Origin: Macrostomum lignano
Taxonomy: Eukaryota
Reading direction: 5' to 3'
Length of the DNA stretch: 64,000 nt
NCBI GenBank assembly: GCA_002269645.1
Contig: NIVC01000212.1
Coordinates: 1 to 64,000 of the forward strand
The position numbers were made by a program, and so were the translations under genes. The notes beneath the pieces are model-generated. The model had not been told where the DNA came from and did not search any database. It saw only the letters and a list, made by a program, of their open reading frames with translations. Position 1 is the stretch's first letter. Each line of letters begins with the position of its first letter. Of this stretch, positions 26,323-50,250 are shown one piece after another.

Positions 26323-29300
26323 ATGAGTGCAAATGATTCGAAAAAAATAATTACTGAAGCCGGCGTTCGTATACGGTTGGCGACCAGTTACGACAGCCCG
26401 AGCGGTTACGCGCGCGGCGCTGACGACGAAGCTGGCGCCGGTAACGGCGGCGGCGCGTTTTTTAATCCCAGAATGCGCTGCAATCGAGCATTCGTTTGCG
26501 CGTCTTTGGCCGCGCTTGTTGAATCGCGCGATCCGACCAGCGGGCCACTTGACTGTCTTGACGGCTTCTCAGCCTCTGGCGCTATGGCGCTTCAGTGGAA
26601 GGCATGTTTTGCCAGGAGCCTAACTGAGTATTCTCTTATCCTAACCTATCATATCGATTTTTTCTCAGTTATCATTTTTTCATACTCATTTATCGATACG
26701 TAACTGCTGCTACCCACCATTACCCAACTCATAATTATCTGGATTCGCATTCTCTTTAACTTCTCATCATCGGTACCCTCTCCAATATTATTGATACCTA
26801 ACTACTAATTATCGATACCCAACTCATTATCGATATCAGATTTCTAATTATCGATATTAAACTCCTATAATTATCGATATCAAACTCCTATAATTATCGA
26901 TACCAAACTCCTATAATTATCGATATTAAACTCCTATAATTATCCATATCAAACTCCTATAATTATCAATATTAAACTCCTATAATTATCCATATCAAAC
27001 TCCTATAATTATCAATATTAAACTCCTATAATTATCCATATCAAACTCCTATAATTATCAATATTAAACTCCTATAATTATCGATATCAAACTCATATAA
27101 TTATCCATATCAAACTCCTATAATTATCAATATTAAACTCCTATAATTATCGATATCAAACTCATATAATTATCGATATCAAACTCATATAATTATCGAT
27201 ATCAAACTCATATAATTATCGATATCAAACTCCTACAATTATCGATATCAAACTCCTATAATTATCAATATTAAACTCCTATAATTATCGATATCAAACT
27301 CATATAATTATCGATATAAAACTCATATAATTACCGATATCAAACTCCTATAATTATCGATGTCAAACTCCTATAATTATCGATATAAAACTCCTATTAT
27401 CGATGATTCTCTTTATTCTTACTAACTAAGCACTCCTCTGTTGCTAATTTGTAATAAAAAAATTCCCAATGTTCCCATCCTACCATTGCCGCACCAATTG
27501 TCTCAACCGCAGACCCGACTGGTCTCAAAAATCCGCGTTCTCGCCGTCGACCGTTGCCCATCGGCGATGTCGGCTCTGGAGGCCAACTGCGAATTGAACG
27601 GCGTCCACTGGCGTCGGGTTCGACCGCACGAGGTCGCCGAGCAGTTCTCCACCGACTGCGGCTCCGGCAAGCTGAAGATTCTGGTGAATCTAGTTTTATG
27701 AATGTTCGCTTTTCTAGTTAGTGTTCGTTGAAGGAAAACCTAGTGGCATCTCTTTAAAAAATATTCTGTCTTACTTTGATCGTTTCCTGCAACGCCAGCT
27801 TGATTATCGATGTAAAGATCTCAATTATCGATACACCAATCTCAATGATCGATACACCAATCTCAATTATCGATGTAAAGATCTTAATTATCGATACACC
27901 AATCTCAATTATCGATTCACCAATCTCAATTATCGATTCACCAATCTCAATTATCGATACACCAATCTCAATTATCGATACACCAATCTCAATTATCGAT
28001 GTAAAGATCTTAATTATCGATACACCAATCTCAATTATCGATTCACCAATCTCAATTATCGATACACCAATCTCAATTATCGATGTAAAGATCTTAATTA
28101 TCGATACACCAATCTCAATTATCGATACACCAATCTCAATTATCGATACACCAATCTCAATTATCGATGTAAAGATCTTAATTATCGATACACCAATCTC
28201 AATTATCGATTCACCAATCTCAACTATCGATACACCAATCTCAATTAGCGATACATTAATCTCAATTATCGATTCACCAATCTCTATTATCGATACAACA
28301 AACTCAACTATCGATACACCAATCTCAAATTATTGATACCCATTCGCAATTAACGATGTCCTAATGTTGCAATTATCGACACCCATTCGCAATTATTGAT
28401 GTCCTAATCTAATTATCTATGTCTTAATATCAATTATCGATGTCTTATTCTTAATTATTATATCCCAAAATTTAATTATCGATGTCCTAATCTTAATTAT
28501 CGATGTCCCAATCTTAATTATCGATGTCCTAATCTTAATTATTATGTCCCAAAATTCAATTATCGATGTCCGAATGAGTCTCAATTATCGATGTCCGAAT
28601 GAGTCTCAACTATCGATGTCCGAATGAGTCTCAACTATCGATGTCCGAATGAGTCTCAACTATCGATGTCCGAATGAGTCTCAATTATCGATGTCCGAAT
28701 GAGTCTCAACTATCGATGTCCGAATGAGTCTCAATTATCGATGTCCGAATGAGTCTCAACTATCGATGTCCGAATGAGTCTCAATTATCGATGTCCCAAT
28801 ATTCAATTATTGGTGCCCATTCTCAATTATCGATGTCCCAAAATCAATATTCGTCATCCCAATCACAATAATCGATATCTTAATCATAATTATCTATATG
28901 CCAGTTTAACGATTTCGATCTAATGAAAGTTTTTAGAACAATTTTTTACATTGTTACTGTAAGTAGTCTAAATTGCGTGTTTTGCCCAATCTTAATAATA
29001 AAAACTTAATTAAACTCATTTTCCAGACCGCTCTCGAGCAGGTAAACTCCGTAATAGAAACTTGCCCATTCGATTTTATCCATCTGGATCCGTTCGGCTC
29101 GCCGGCCGGAAATATTGAGTCGGCTCTGCGACACCTGCGCAATGGCGGCCTGCTGTCCGTCACCTGCACGGATTTGGCCTCGCTGTTAGGCCAACAGCCG
29201 CGGGTTGGTGGCGTTGATTTCTTTCTATTATAAGTATAATATAAGTTAAAATACTTAGGTACTTTAGATTGTTAGCCTACTGTTAACAGTGTTTTATTTA

Positions 29301-31944
29301 TTAAATATTGATTCTTCGTCTTTTTGTTTTTTATTATGTTTTTTGCCCTACTATTAGTAGTTAATAAAAACTTTGTAAAACTTGCGCGACTATACTAAAA
29401 TAATATCTTACTTTTTTATGCACAGCCTACTTTAAATAGTGTTAAACAAAATATCTTGGGTTTTGTTTTTATTAGTTTAACCCACATATGCTAAAATAAC
29501 TAGATGGGCCACTCAGGCACATATACTTAGTAAAAGAGCTTTCTACTTTCAGTTCAGTAGCAAAGAAGAATATATATAAAAAAATTGTAAAAATAAAGGC
29601 AACTGAAACGAGTTCGATAAGTTTAGAAGGCCAAGCTAGCGGGCTTAAACAACTTGCTAATTGGTTCAGCAATAATGTACATTGGCCAGTCCACTGAAAT
29701 GTACATGGCAGCTTTATTGTGGCGGGGGGTAGTGTGGAAAGGCGCGGTTGAAGGTTCTGGGGGTAAGAGCCAATAAATGAGCCTTGGCTTTAAAAATACA
29801 TTAAAATGCTTCTGTCTAACCTAGCCTACTACTGAACTGTAAGTAGATTACACGCAAATGTGCCGAGTGACGCCTAGTTATTCTACTGTCTGTGGTTCAA
29901 CCTAGTTGTTAGACGGTTAGCCTACTTATAGTAGTGTTTATGTAAGCACTTTGTGTTTCGCCTTTTTTTACTGCTACACTACTATCAGTAGTGCGCTTTA
30001 GCCAAAAAATATTACTTATCGCAGTTACATGTACTGTCTGTCAGGTGGCTATGCGGAACTACGGCGCCGTATTGATGCGCGTTCGCTGCGCGCCGGAGCT
30101 TGGCGCTCGCACCCTACTCGCCTTCGTGGCCGCCTGCGCCGCCCGCTGCAACAAATCAATCCGGCCTGTCTATTGTTTAAGTGCGCCTCGGTTTCTGCTA
30201 GCCTGCGTCCGGGTTGAACGCGGCGCCAGGCGCGCCGACGACTGTCTGGCGCGTTCAGTTGGGCGCCTGGCGCACTGCCGGGTCTGCCAGCAGCAGCGGC
30301 CGGCTACGAGCGGCAGCATCGGCGGCGACAACGCTGGTTGCGGCTGCGGCGATGACGCCGAAGGCGGAGGCGCTGTCGCTGTACTGGGGCCGGTGTGGTG
30401 AGGGTTTGGTGGGAGATACTTTATCCATCTCAAGGGGTGAGATTCCAGAGACTTCTTATCAATCTCAGGGGGTGAGATTCCAGAGACTTCTTATCAATCT
30501 CAGGGGTGAGATTCCAGAGACTTCTTAATCAATCTCAGGGGGTGAGATTCCAGAGACTTTGCTATTAATCTAAAGGGGTGAGATTTCAGAGACTTTGCTA
30601 GCAATCTCAAGGGGTGAGATTCCAGAGACATAATTGCTATCAATCTCAGAGGGTGTGATTCCAGAGACTTCTTATCAATCTCAGGGGGTGAGATTCCAGA
30701 CTTACTATCAATCTTAAGGGATGAGATTCCAGAGACTTTGCCATCAATCTCAAGGGGTGAAATTACAGGCTTTGCTATCAATCTCAAGGGGTGAGATTCC
30801 AGAGACTCCTATCAATTTCAAGGGGTGCGATTACAGACTTTGCTATCAATTTCAAGGGGTGAGATTCCAGAGACTTTGCTATCAATCTCAAGGGGTGAGA
30901 TTCCAGAGACTTTGCTATTAATCTCAATGGGTGAGATTCCAGAGGCTTCCAGGGGCGCAATATATCAAATCAATCAAAGCACCTGTCGCCCTGCATCTGC
31001 CCAATAGGCTGGGAGATCTATTCGAGTCCGACTTCATCAAGCGGATGGCTCGCCATCTGTTGGGCTCTGCCGAGTCTGACTCCCTGCTCGCGTCCGAGGA
31101 TAAAATTCTGCTCAAAATGCTGCTAGAAGAGTCTCAGTGTCTCAGCCGATCAACTGACTCGTTGGAAGTCTCAATGCCCCCGTTTCAGCCGATGCTTTAC
31201 ATTAGCCCGAAATGGCTGAGGCTGTCCGGTGTTGATCTGCCGAGGTGAGGCATGCTGTTAGATTCCAGATAGGGAAGTAGATAAAGTAGACGGTTTTTAG
31301 TTAGGAAGTAGATAAAGCAACGGTTTTTAGTTAGGAAATAGATAAAGTAGACGGTTTTTAGTTAGGAAATAGATAAAGTAGACAGATTCCAGTTAGAGAA
31401 GTAGATAAAGTAGACAGTTACCAGTTAGAGAAGTAGAATAAAGTAGACAAATTCCAGTTAGAGAAGTAGATAAAGAGACAGATTCCAGATAGGAAAGTAG
31501 ATAAGGAAGACAGATTCCAGCTAGATAGAGAAGTAGATAAGGTAGATAGATTCCAGTTAGAGAAGTAGATTAAGTAGACAGATTCAAGATGGGAAGGTAG
31601 ACAAAGTAGATACACAGGCAGAAATGCTTTGATTTGGTGTTTAATTAGCACTTGCGGTTAATTGTTTACAAAATAGTAATGGCACCCACTCAGCACATAA
31701 ATGAGAACATTGGCATTATAATTAAACGTATTATTTATTATCCCTCAGACTGGAACAACTGATAGAAATTCTCCGCAGCAGCGGGCACGCCGCATCCAGA
31801 ACTCATTTCGATCTCACCGCGGTTCGCACGAGCGCCAGCATTCAAGCTTGCAGAGATCTAATATTGCAGCACTCAACCGCTGCTATCCTGAATCATAATA
31901 ATACTACTGACGCGGCTAGCTTAACTAGTAGTATGGACAGTTAA
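26323..31944 (+). CDS. TRMT1L: TRMT1-like tRNA guanine-N2 methyltransferase family protein, 6 exons, ~470 aa
   Basis: Exons 26323-26601, 27513-27683, 29027-29203, 30045-30397, 31008-31244, 31749-31944; frame continuous. Motifs FFNPRMRCNR, LDCLDGFSASGAMALQW, FDFIHLDPFG, AARCNK, CRVC, LGPVW, SRTHFD parallel TRMT1L rather than canonical TRM1. Confidence 0.88.
26830..27400. repeat. 23-bp minisatellite, TRMT1L intron 1
   Basis: Unit ATCGATATCAAACTCCTATAATT. Confidence 0.93.
27800..28850. repeat. Compound 21-bp / 25-bp minisatellite, TRMT1L intron 2
   Basis: ATCGATACACCAATCTCAATT and ATCGATGTAAAGATCTTAATT, grading into ATCGATGTCCGAATGAGTCTCAATT. Confidence 0.93.
30424..30945. repeat. 35-36-bp minisatellite, TRMT1L intron 4
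   Basis: Unit ATCAATCTCAAGGGGTGAGATTCCAGAGACTTCTT. Confidence 0.92.
31260..31610. repeat. ~32-bp degenerate minisatellite, TRMT1L intron 5
   Basis: GATTCCAGTTAGAGAAGTAGATAAAGTAGACA-like units. Confidence 0.85.
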
Positions 31945-32590
31945 TTAATTGTAATTTTTTACTGCATTCTGTCAATTGAGTCAATTGAAAACTAAAAAAA
32001 ACAAAATTAACTTTGCGAAGTTTGTTATTTCACTTTGAAATAAATTAATTTAAGTAAAAAAAAATATTAAATAACAATTTCTTATTTAAAAACGAAAGCA
32101 GAGAGGCGTTCCTCGGATTTAGGCAGTATGAGCAAACGTGGCAAAACTGAATATTATTCTTATATATTATTATTGTTATTTTAGAAATAACAATAAAAAT
32201 AATAAACAAAATGCAAGCTATATGTACTCTATCAAAGTGGATCTGAAGGATCGGTTTGTTAGAAATATGGCTCTGCATAAATAAAAATATTATAAAAGAC
32301 TTAATATGATTAAAGTACAAATGACCTTTACAGAAGCGCATATTAGATGCGTGCATAGGTAATCATTTTGCTACTGGAGTTGAAAACGAAAAAAAACAAT
32401 ATATGCTGAAGTCTTTTTGCGTCTACTTTAAGTAGAAACACTCCTACACGTATATGATTGATATTTTATTTCGGCTGATCTTAAAAGAGTAGATGCATAC
32501 AGTTTCAAAAACTTAGTGCGACTCTTCTAGGTAATCAGTTTAGGAGTTCAACTTTTGGTTGGTCGGCCTTCTAGCATTCTTCAAGACGGA

Positions 32591-43409
<10,819 letters not shown>

Positions 43410-46400
43410 ATGAAGAAGATTTATGTTGGTAATCTGCCTCCTTCAATTCGCTCACAAGAAGTTAAGGATGTTTTCAAAAAGTATGGTCATATTGCCAACC
43501 TTGATCTAAAAAATAGCCGCGGTCCACCGTTTGCATTCATTGAGTACGAAGATGATCGGTATGTTTCAAGTCTGGGCAGTTTAAAATATGCTTTACTTTT
43601 AATGGTTTGTTTCAGTCCCTAAATAATAAAATCTCAGATTTTACAGGTTTAATAAATTAGGCTCAAATTAGGTGTGTAGGCCCTAGTTTAGGCCCTAACT
43701 CTAAAGCCTTTGGATAAACTAAGCACTTCAGTTAGATCATAAACAAGCAGCCCAAAAACGAAAAGGTACAAAAATGTGGTGTAGGCTACTTTGAACTTAA
43801 AAAACAGTAGCATAAGTAAAGTAAATATTTAGGCCTAATGGGCTCTTTATGCAAAAAATGCTACTTGTGGTGTTGATTCAGATCAACAGATCTTCTTAGT
43901 ATCCTTAATTCAAATTCCCTTCAAAAAGCTATAAGTATAAGTACTATTCATGTACAGCATATATATATATAGAAGATATGGCAGCTATCTTATTAGTGTG
44001 CTGTGTGGATAAGCAGAAAATTATTCCCATGCCACGGTTTGGATTGTGTAGTAGTGTTAGTGTATGCCAGAACAAGAATCCTATCTCAGCTATATGTATG
44101 CCAGTGTACGCTAAAACAAAAAATTCCCTAAAATGTACGCCAAAAATTCCTCCTAAAAAAGGTCATTCAGTTTTCATGAGTAGAGTTTTCTCAGAAAGGC
44201 TTTCGTACAAGAGATTCTTTCAAATATTACAAATATTTTCATTTTAAACAAACTTAACTTAAACCTACAAAAAATGCAAAATGCAAATTTACATTCTTAG
44301 CAATGATTTATACAAGTTTTATTCATTGTTTATTTTTAAAAAGCAAAAAGTTTATCACTGACTGTCTAGACTATATAAATTTTCTTTCATTTTATGTAAA
44401 AACTAAAAAGGGTTAATTTACATTACAATTTTTATACACAGCATGAATTTATTCACCAAAATTAGTATGCCAAAAATTTCTTGAGCTCAAAGTGGTAGGC
44501 CTACGCCAAAGTGGTATGCCAAAATAGCCAAACTTTTCAATGGTACGCCAGAAAATTCTGGCTTATATGTAACCTTCCTGAGTGTGGTTCCCATGGTATC
44601 GTTGGAATAAGACAGAAATTATTCCTACAGTACTATGGGGATAAGCACTGCCAACTCTTAAATCTAATGTATTAAAAATTTTCCTAAAAAATAGTGTATA
44701 AACAACTTACAGCTTCTATGCATAATTTTTTTCATTTTACATTGGTATAAAAATAAAAATTGAAAAAATAAAAAGTTTTTTTCTGATATAGGCCTGCCAT
44801 GATCTAGACTATTACCTGTATTAAGGGAACAAGTGTAAAGGAATACAATGCCAAGTGTTTAAGAAAAAAGATGCACTCAAAAAATTTTATGGATGTTTTT
44901 TTTACAAATTTAAAGTTGTAGTTTTAACAAAAATGCACAAAATTTACATTTGTTTTTTAAATAGGCCTATAGGTTTGAATTTTATTTCAAATTTCAGTTT
45001 TTAATTAGCTTTTTCTTATTTGAATAAAATCTTTCAAAATCCCAATCAAATATCATTGAATTTCATAAAAAAATAATCAAATCTTAAAAATCTTGAAAAT
45101 TTCTCAAGACTTTAGTTAGCAAGTTTGCTAACTAGGTTAGCAAGATATTGTAATAATAACCTTAATATTGTCCCTAACCCTAATATTGTCTATACATATA
45201 TTTTTAGGCAATATTACAATATTACAAAATAAAAATTGTAGCAGACAAAATGCTACATTGCATTTTTGTAGACAAAAGACAATATTAGGGTTAATATTTA
45301 AAAGACAAAAAATATATATGTATATGTGTATCTTATAACAAATTATACTAAAGAAACTAGCCAGATTATGAATATAATTTCCCAAAAGATCCAATTTTAT
45401 ATATGGCAATCATATTCAACTGCAAACTCTACCTTTGATATTTGTAAATTGTAATAAAAAAAATTTAGGTCTATATATTAAAAAGGCATATCATTATAAT
45501 TTATATAACTCATTATATTAAAAGCCAACATTTTATTAAGCTTAAAAAGCTTACAAAGCTGAATAAGTTTTGTACCTGCTATTTTTAAAAAAAGTCAACT
45601 ATTAGAAAACAATAAATGATAGATGAAATGATCATACACCTTCACAAAGCAAGCATTAGATGTTGCAGACCTCTTTTTTGTACTATGGCAAAAGTATTAG
45701 TATAAAGATAATCACAATCTGTTTGCTATTATAATCAGTTTATATACAGGGCTGACTAGACTAAGCATATCACCATATCCTAACATACCCTTGCAAAATG
45801 TCTTATAATAAGCATAAATCTATGGTTATGATAATTTCTATGTTTCAAAGGCTTGATTCAGTTTCTAAGCAATATTGCATGGCTTTTTCCCTAGTTAAGC
45901 TAAACTAGCAATAAAATGAATGCTATTTGATCAAACTTTTGAAATGATTTTTCAAATGCTTTATAGTCTCAATTGGAAGAAATTTTCAATCAAATCTCTT
46001 TTAGAAATTGCAATATTAATTAGCAATGCTATGTAGCTCAAAACTGCAATTTTTTCTCTATTAACTTTGCCTAAAAAAAGCAGAAAGTGGGGCCCTAATT
46101 AGAAGTAGCTGAGTGTAATAGCAAAAGTTAAAAGCTTTCATGTTCTAAACTTTTTCATTTTGCTATAGACAAAAGTTTTAAATTTTTTATTTTTTACTTT
46201 CATTTGGGATTACACAGTTAAATTATGCAGTTATACAAAGCTTTAAATAAAGCTGTTAGTTGCCCATATGTATAAAACTGTTGGGTAGAAATTAGTTTAC
46301 AATAATAATAATATTAATAATAAAATAATTGATAATTATATCAATTAATGACTATGCAATGGTGTTTGGATCAAATTCTTTTTGAAATATAAAGGATAAA

Positions 46401-48664
46401 TAACTATGGTCCTATTAAAACCATTTTTTCTAGCATATTGGACACTTAGTATATGTCTATTTAGTATATAGGATATCAAAGCATGCTTGGGCGCAACCTT
46501 GAGAATCACCTGGCCATTTCTATTGGCAACACATACATGTAAGTTGCTATTGGCTGAAAGCAGTCATGACTACTATTCTGCCCAATAGCAACTTACATGT
46601 GTGTGTTGCCAATAGAGATGGCCAGGTGATTCCCAAGGTTGCGCATGTATGTATCAAAGCTTTAGCAAAATTGGAAAATCAGAAATTTCATTCACCTAAC
46701 TTAAGTCTAAAAAGTGGCTAATACTATTTATCTTAACTGTAGCTCCTATTACCCCAACTATATAGTGTGTATATGGCAAAGAATCCTTGTTGCTTAAGTC
46801 ACTGACCCTAGAAACTTAAAAGCTTGTATGTTACAAAGCATTGTCTATCATTTCACTAAATGGCTGATAAAAAAGTTTTATAAATAGATTGATGTTAGTA
46901 AAATATCTTGTTGCTTTTTCATCTTTAAAAAACTCAAACAAGGTAAAATCACTTAGAAGACTTTTTCTTCTAAAAAAGAAGACTTATGAAGACTTGTGCT
47001 TAGAATTAAATCAAAAGAACACAGATTAACAATCAGCATTGTGTGTTTTTGGAAGCATTAGAATGATTAGTGCCATTTGACATTCCCAAGTAGATAATCA
47101 CACTTGTGCCAGGTTGTTTGACTTTGTTCTACACATAATTAATGGCTAATAAATTGATGTAATAGTAGATGAACTTTAGTGTTTAGTGTTTTCACTTTAG
47201 ATAAAAATATAGTGTTTAATCTGATTTACCTGTTTTAACAATTCAACTCAAACTTAGCGACGCCGAAGACGCTGTCAGAGGCCGTGACGGCTATAATCTA
47301 GACGGCTACAGTATCCGGGTTGAATTCCCGCGTCATGGCGAGGGTTTTAAACCGCGCGGCGGTGGCGGCGGATTTGGCGGCGCCCGCGGCGGCGGAGCCC
47401 GCGGCGGAGGCCCATCGTCGAGGCGCGGCGAGTTCAGGGTGACGGTGAGCGGCCTGCCGGCTGGAGCATCCTGGCAGGATCTCAAAGATCACATGCGCTC
47501 TGCTGGCGATGTTGGCTTTGCTGACGTGCGCAACGGCGTTGGCTTTGTGGAATTTATGCGCTACGAAGATATGAAAGCGGCTATACGCAAGCTTGACGAT
47601 TCTAAGCTGCGCTCGCATCAGGTAAAGGCATTTTTTATTTTATTGATTTTCAATTTGTTGATTTCCTGACTTCTAGGATTTAGGGATCTTCAAGGGAACA
47701 ATTTAGGATCTTCAAGTGGCTAACTTTATGGCGATTATTTGGGATCTTCAAGGAACTGTTTGGGATCTTCAGGGGACTATTTGGGACCTTCATTAGAATC
47801 ATTTGGAATTTTCAAGGGACTATTTGGGATCTTCAGGGGACTATTTGGGACCTTCAACGGACTATTTAGGATTTTCAGGGGGCTATTTGGGATCTTAAGG
47901 GGACTATCTGAGAACTTCAAGGAACTATTTGAGATCTTTAGGATCTTCATGCAAGTATTTGAGATCTTCAGGGGATTAGTTGGGATATTTAGGATCTTCA
48001 ATAAACTATTTGGGATATTTAGGATCTTCATGCAAGTATTTGATATCTTCAAGAAACTATTAGGGATCTTTAGGATCTTCATGCAAGTATTTGATATCTT
48101 CAAGGAACTATTTGGGATCTTCAGGGTACTATTAGGGATCTTTAGGATCTTCATGCAAGTATTTGATATCTTCAAGGAACTATTTGGGATCTTCAGGGTA
48201 CTATTAGGGATCTTTAGGATCTTCATGCAAGTATTTGATATCTTCAAGGAACTATTTGGGATCTTCAGGGACTATTAGGGATCTTTAGGATCTTCATGCA
48301 AGTATTTGATATCTTCAAGGAACTATTTGGGATCTTCAGGGGAAACTATAATTGTTATTTTTTTAGTAAAGACAAGTTAGGATATTTTTTAAAAAGAAAA
48401 AAATATTTTTATATGATGGCGCAACTTGTAATTTGAAAAAAACACGCCCAGGGCGAATCCGGCTACATCCGGGTCAAAGAGGATCGTCCCGGCGGCGGAG
48501 GCGCCGGTCGATCGCCTTCGCGTTCGGCTTCTCGATCCCGATCGAGGTCCCGATCGAGGTCCCGCTCAAGGTCCCGGTCGCCTCCGCCGCGTCGCCGGGC
48601 CTCGCCAACTTATTCGCCGATGCGCAATGGGCAGTCACGTTCTCGCAGTCGCAGCCGTTCTTAG
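43410..48664 (+). CDS. SRSF1: Serine/arginine-rich splicing factor 1-like (two RRMs + RS domain), 3 coding exons, 241 aa
   Basis: Exons 43410-43558, 47258-47621, 48452-48664. [42 protein letters not shown] pseudo-RRM signature, [10 protein letters not shown] tail. SRSF9 not excluded. Confidence 0.93.
46482..46651. mobile_element. MITE, short type
   Basis: CATGCTTGGGCGCAAC...GTTGCGCATGTATG; TSD TATCAAAG. Confidence 0.92.
47685..48340. repeat. 21-bp minisatellite with 72-bp higher-order unit, SRSF1 intron 2
   Basis: TTTGGGATCTTCAAGGAACTA monomers; 24-aa period in the overlapping spurious ORF. Confidence 0.88.
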
Positions 48665-49269
48665 AGCTGTCGAGTACTGCTGTACTATTTAACAACTTGA
48701 ACTGTTTTGTCGGGCGATCTCTGTTGGTTAGCGTGTGTTTTTCTGCAGGTAGGTTTTTTATTCTATGCTCTGAGTGTTTTTAGTGCTGGTTTTCTGTGTT
48801 GTCTGTTTCTAATAATCCTTTTATGTTTTCTTTGTTGTAGTATCAATTATATTAATTTTCATACTAGGCAGAGGGGGAGGTAATTTATAAATTCCGTTTT
48901 TAAAGTAGTGGAATTGTTGTTCTGTACCAGAACTGTAACCGCACGTTCAATAACTATTTATTATTATTCATAAAAATCCTTTAAAAAGCACGTTTAATAT
49001 CCACTCCCTCTGTTGTTGTAATCCTTGCTATTTTCAATATCTCAAAAATGTTTGTTATCAAAACTTTTTTTCGTCAGTTTTCTCTTTTTCTCTTACAAAT
49101 TTAAGATGATGGCCCGTCACTCTCTGTGATCCAATTGGGATGTGGATGCTGGAGACCCCCACGGAGCGATGGAGCTTGGAAGGAATCGTTGGATTTTGTC
49201 TAGAAACTAAAAGCCTGGCCCTCCAGAGTCCTGGGAGTCCTAGCTTTCCGCTTTCAAGGAATCGCTTTG

Positions 49270-49830
49270 GTGACCATTGAGGACAAAGCACTGTGGACAA
49301 GGAGACAGGACAAGCTCTTTGAGGACAGATCACTGTGGACAAGGAGACAGGACAAGCTCTTTGAGGACAGATCACTGTGGACAAGGAGACAGGACAAGCT
49401 CTTTGAGGACAGATCACTGTGGACAAGGAGACAGGACAAGCTCTTTGAGGACAGATCACTGTGGACAAGGAGACAGGACAAGCTCTTTGAGGACAAAGCA
49501 CTGTGGACAAGGGGACAGGACAAATCACTGTGGACAAGGGGACAGGACAGATCACTGTGGACAAGGGGACAGGACAAATCACTGTGGACAAGGGGACAGG
49601 ACAGATCACTGTGGACAAGGGGACAGGACAGATCACTGTGGACAAGGGGACAGGACAAAGCACTGTGGACAAGGGGACAGGACAGATCACTATGGACAAG
49701 GGGACAGGACAGATCACTGTGGACAAGGGGACCGGACAAATCACTGTGGACAAGGAGACAAATCACTGTGGACAAGGAGACAAATCACTGTGGACAAGGA
49801 GACAAATCACTGCGGACAAGGACACTGAGG
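49270..49830. repeat. 42-bp, 27-bp and ~20-bp related tandem repeats
   Basis: Shared core ATCACTGTGGACAAGG; unit shortens along the array. Confidence 0.92.
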
Positions 49831-50250
49831 ACAAGACATTGTATGCAAGAGGAAATTCATCTTTATCCGGTAAGTTTTGATAAAAATTTGTACCCAAATA
49901 TTCGCCACAATTTATTTATTATTCTCTTCTGTTTCTAAACTGACTGGTTTTCTTATAGCAACTAACGTTTTTGACTTTTAAGCACAAGTTTTAATTTGTA
50001 CTACGATTAAAATAACAATAAATGTAAAACGCTACCAACAATTACAGTTAATCCGACTCCCTGTCAGTTATGCGGCATTGATAATTGGTTACGGATTTAT
50101 TGTCGTTTATTGTTAATTTATTATTATTAATTCATAATGATATGCGATCTGTAAGAATAAATATTAATAACTAAGCAGTCATTTCGGTTTAGATTATTGA
50201 TTAAGCTCTAGAGCTTTTTGAAAACTTTTAAATAGCTGGCCTTCGTAAGT

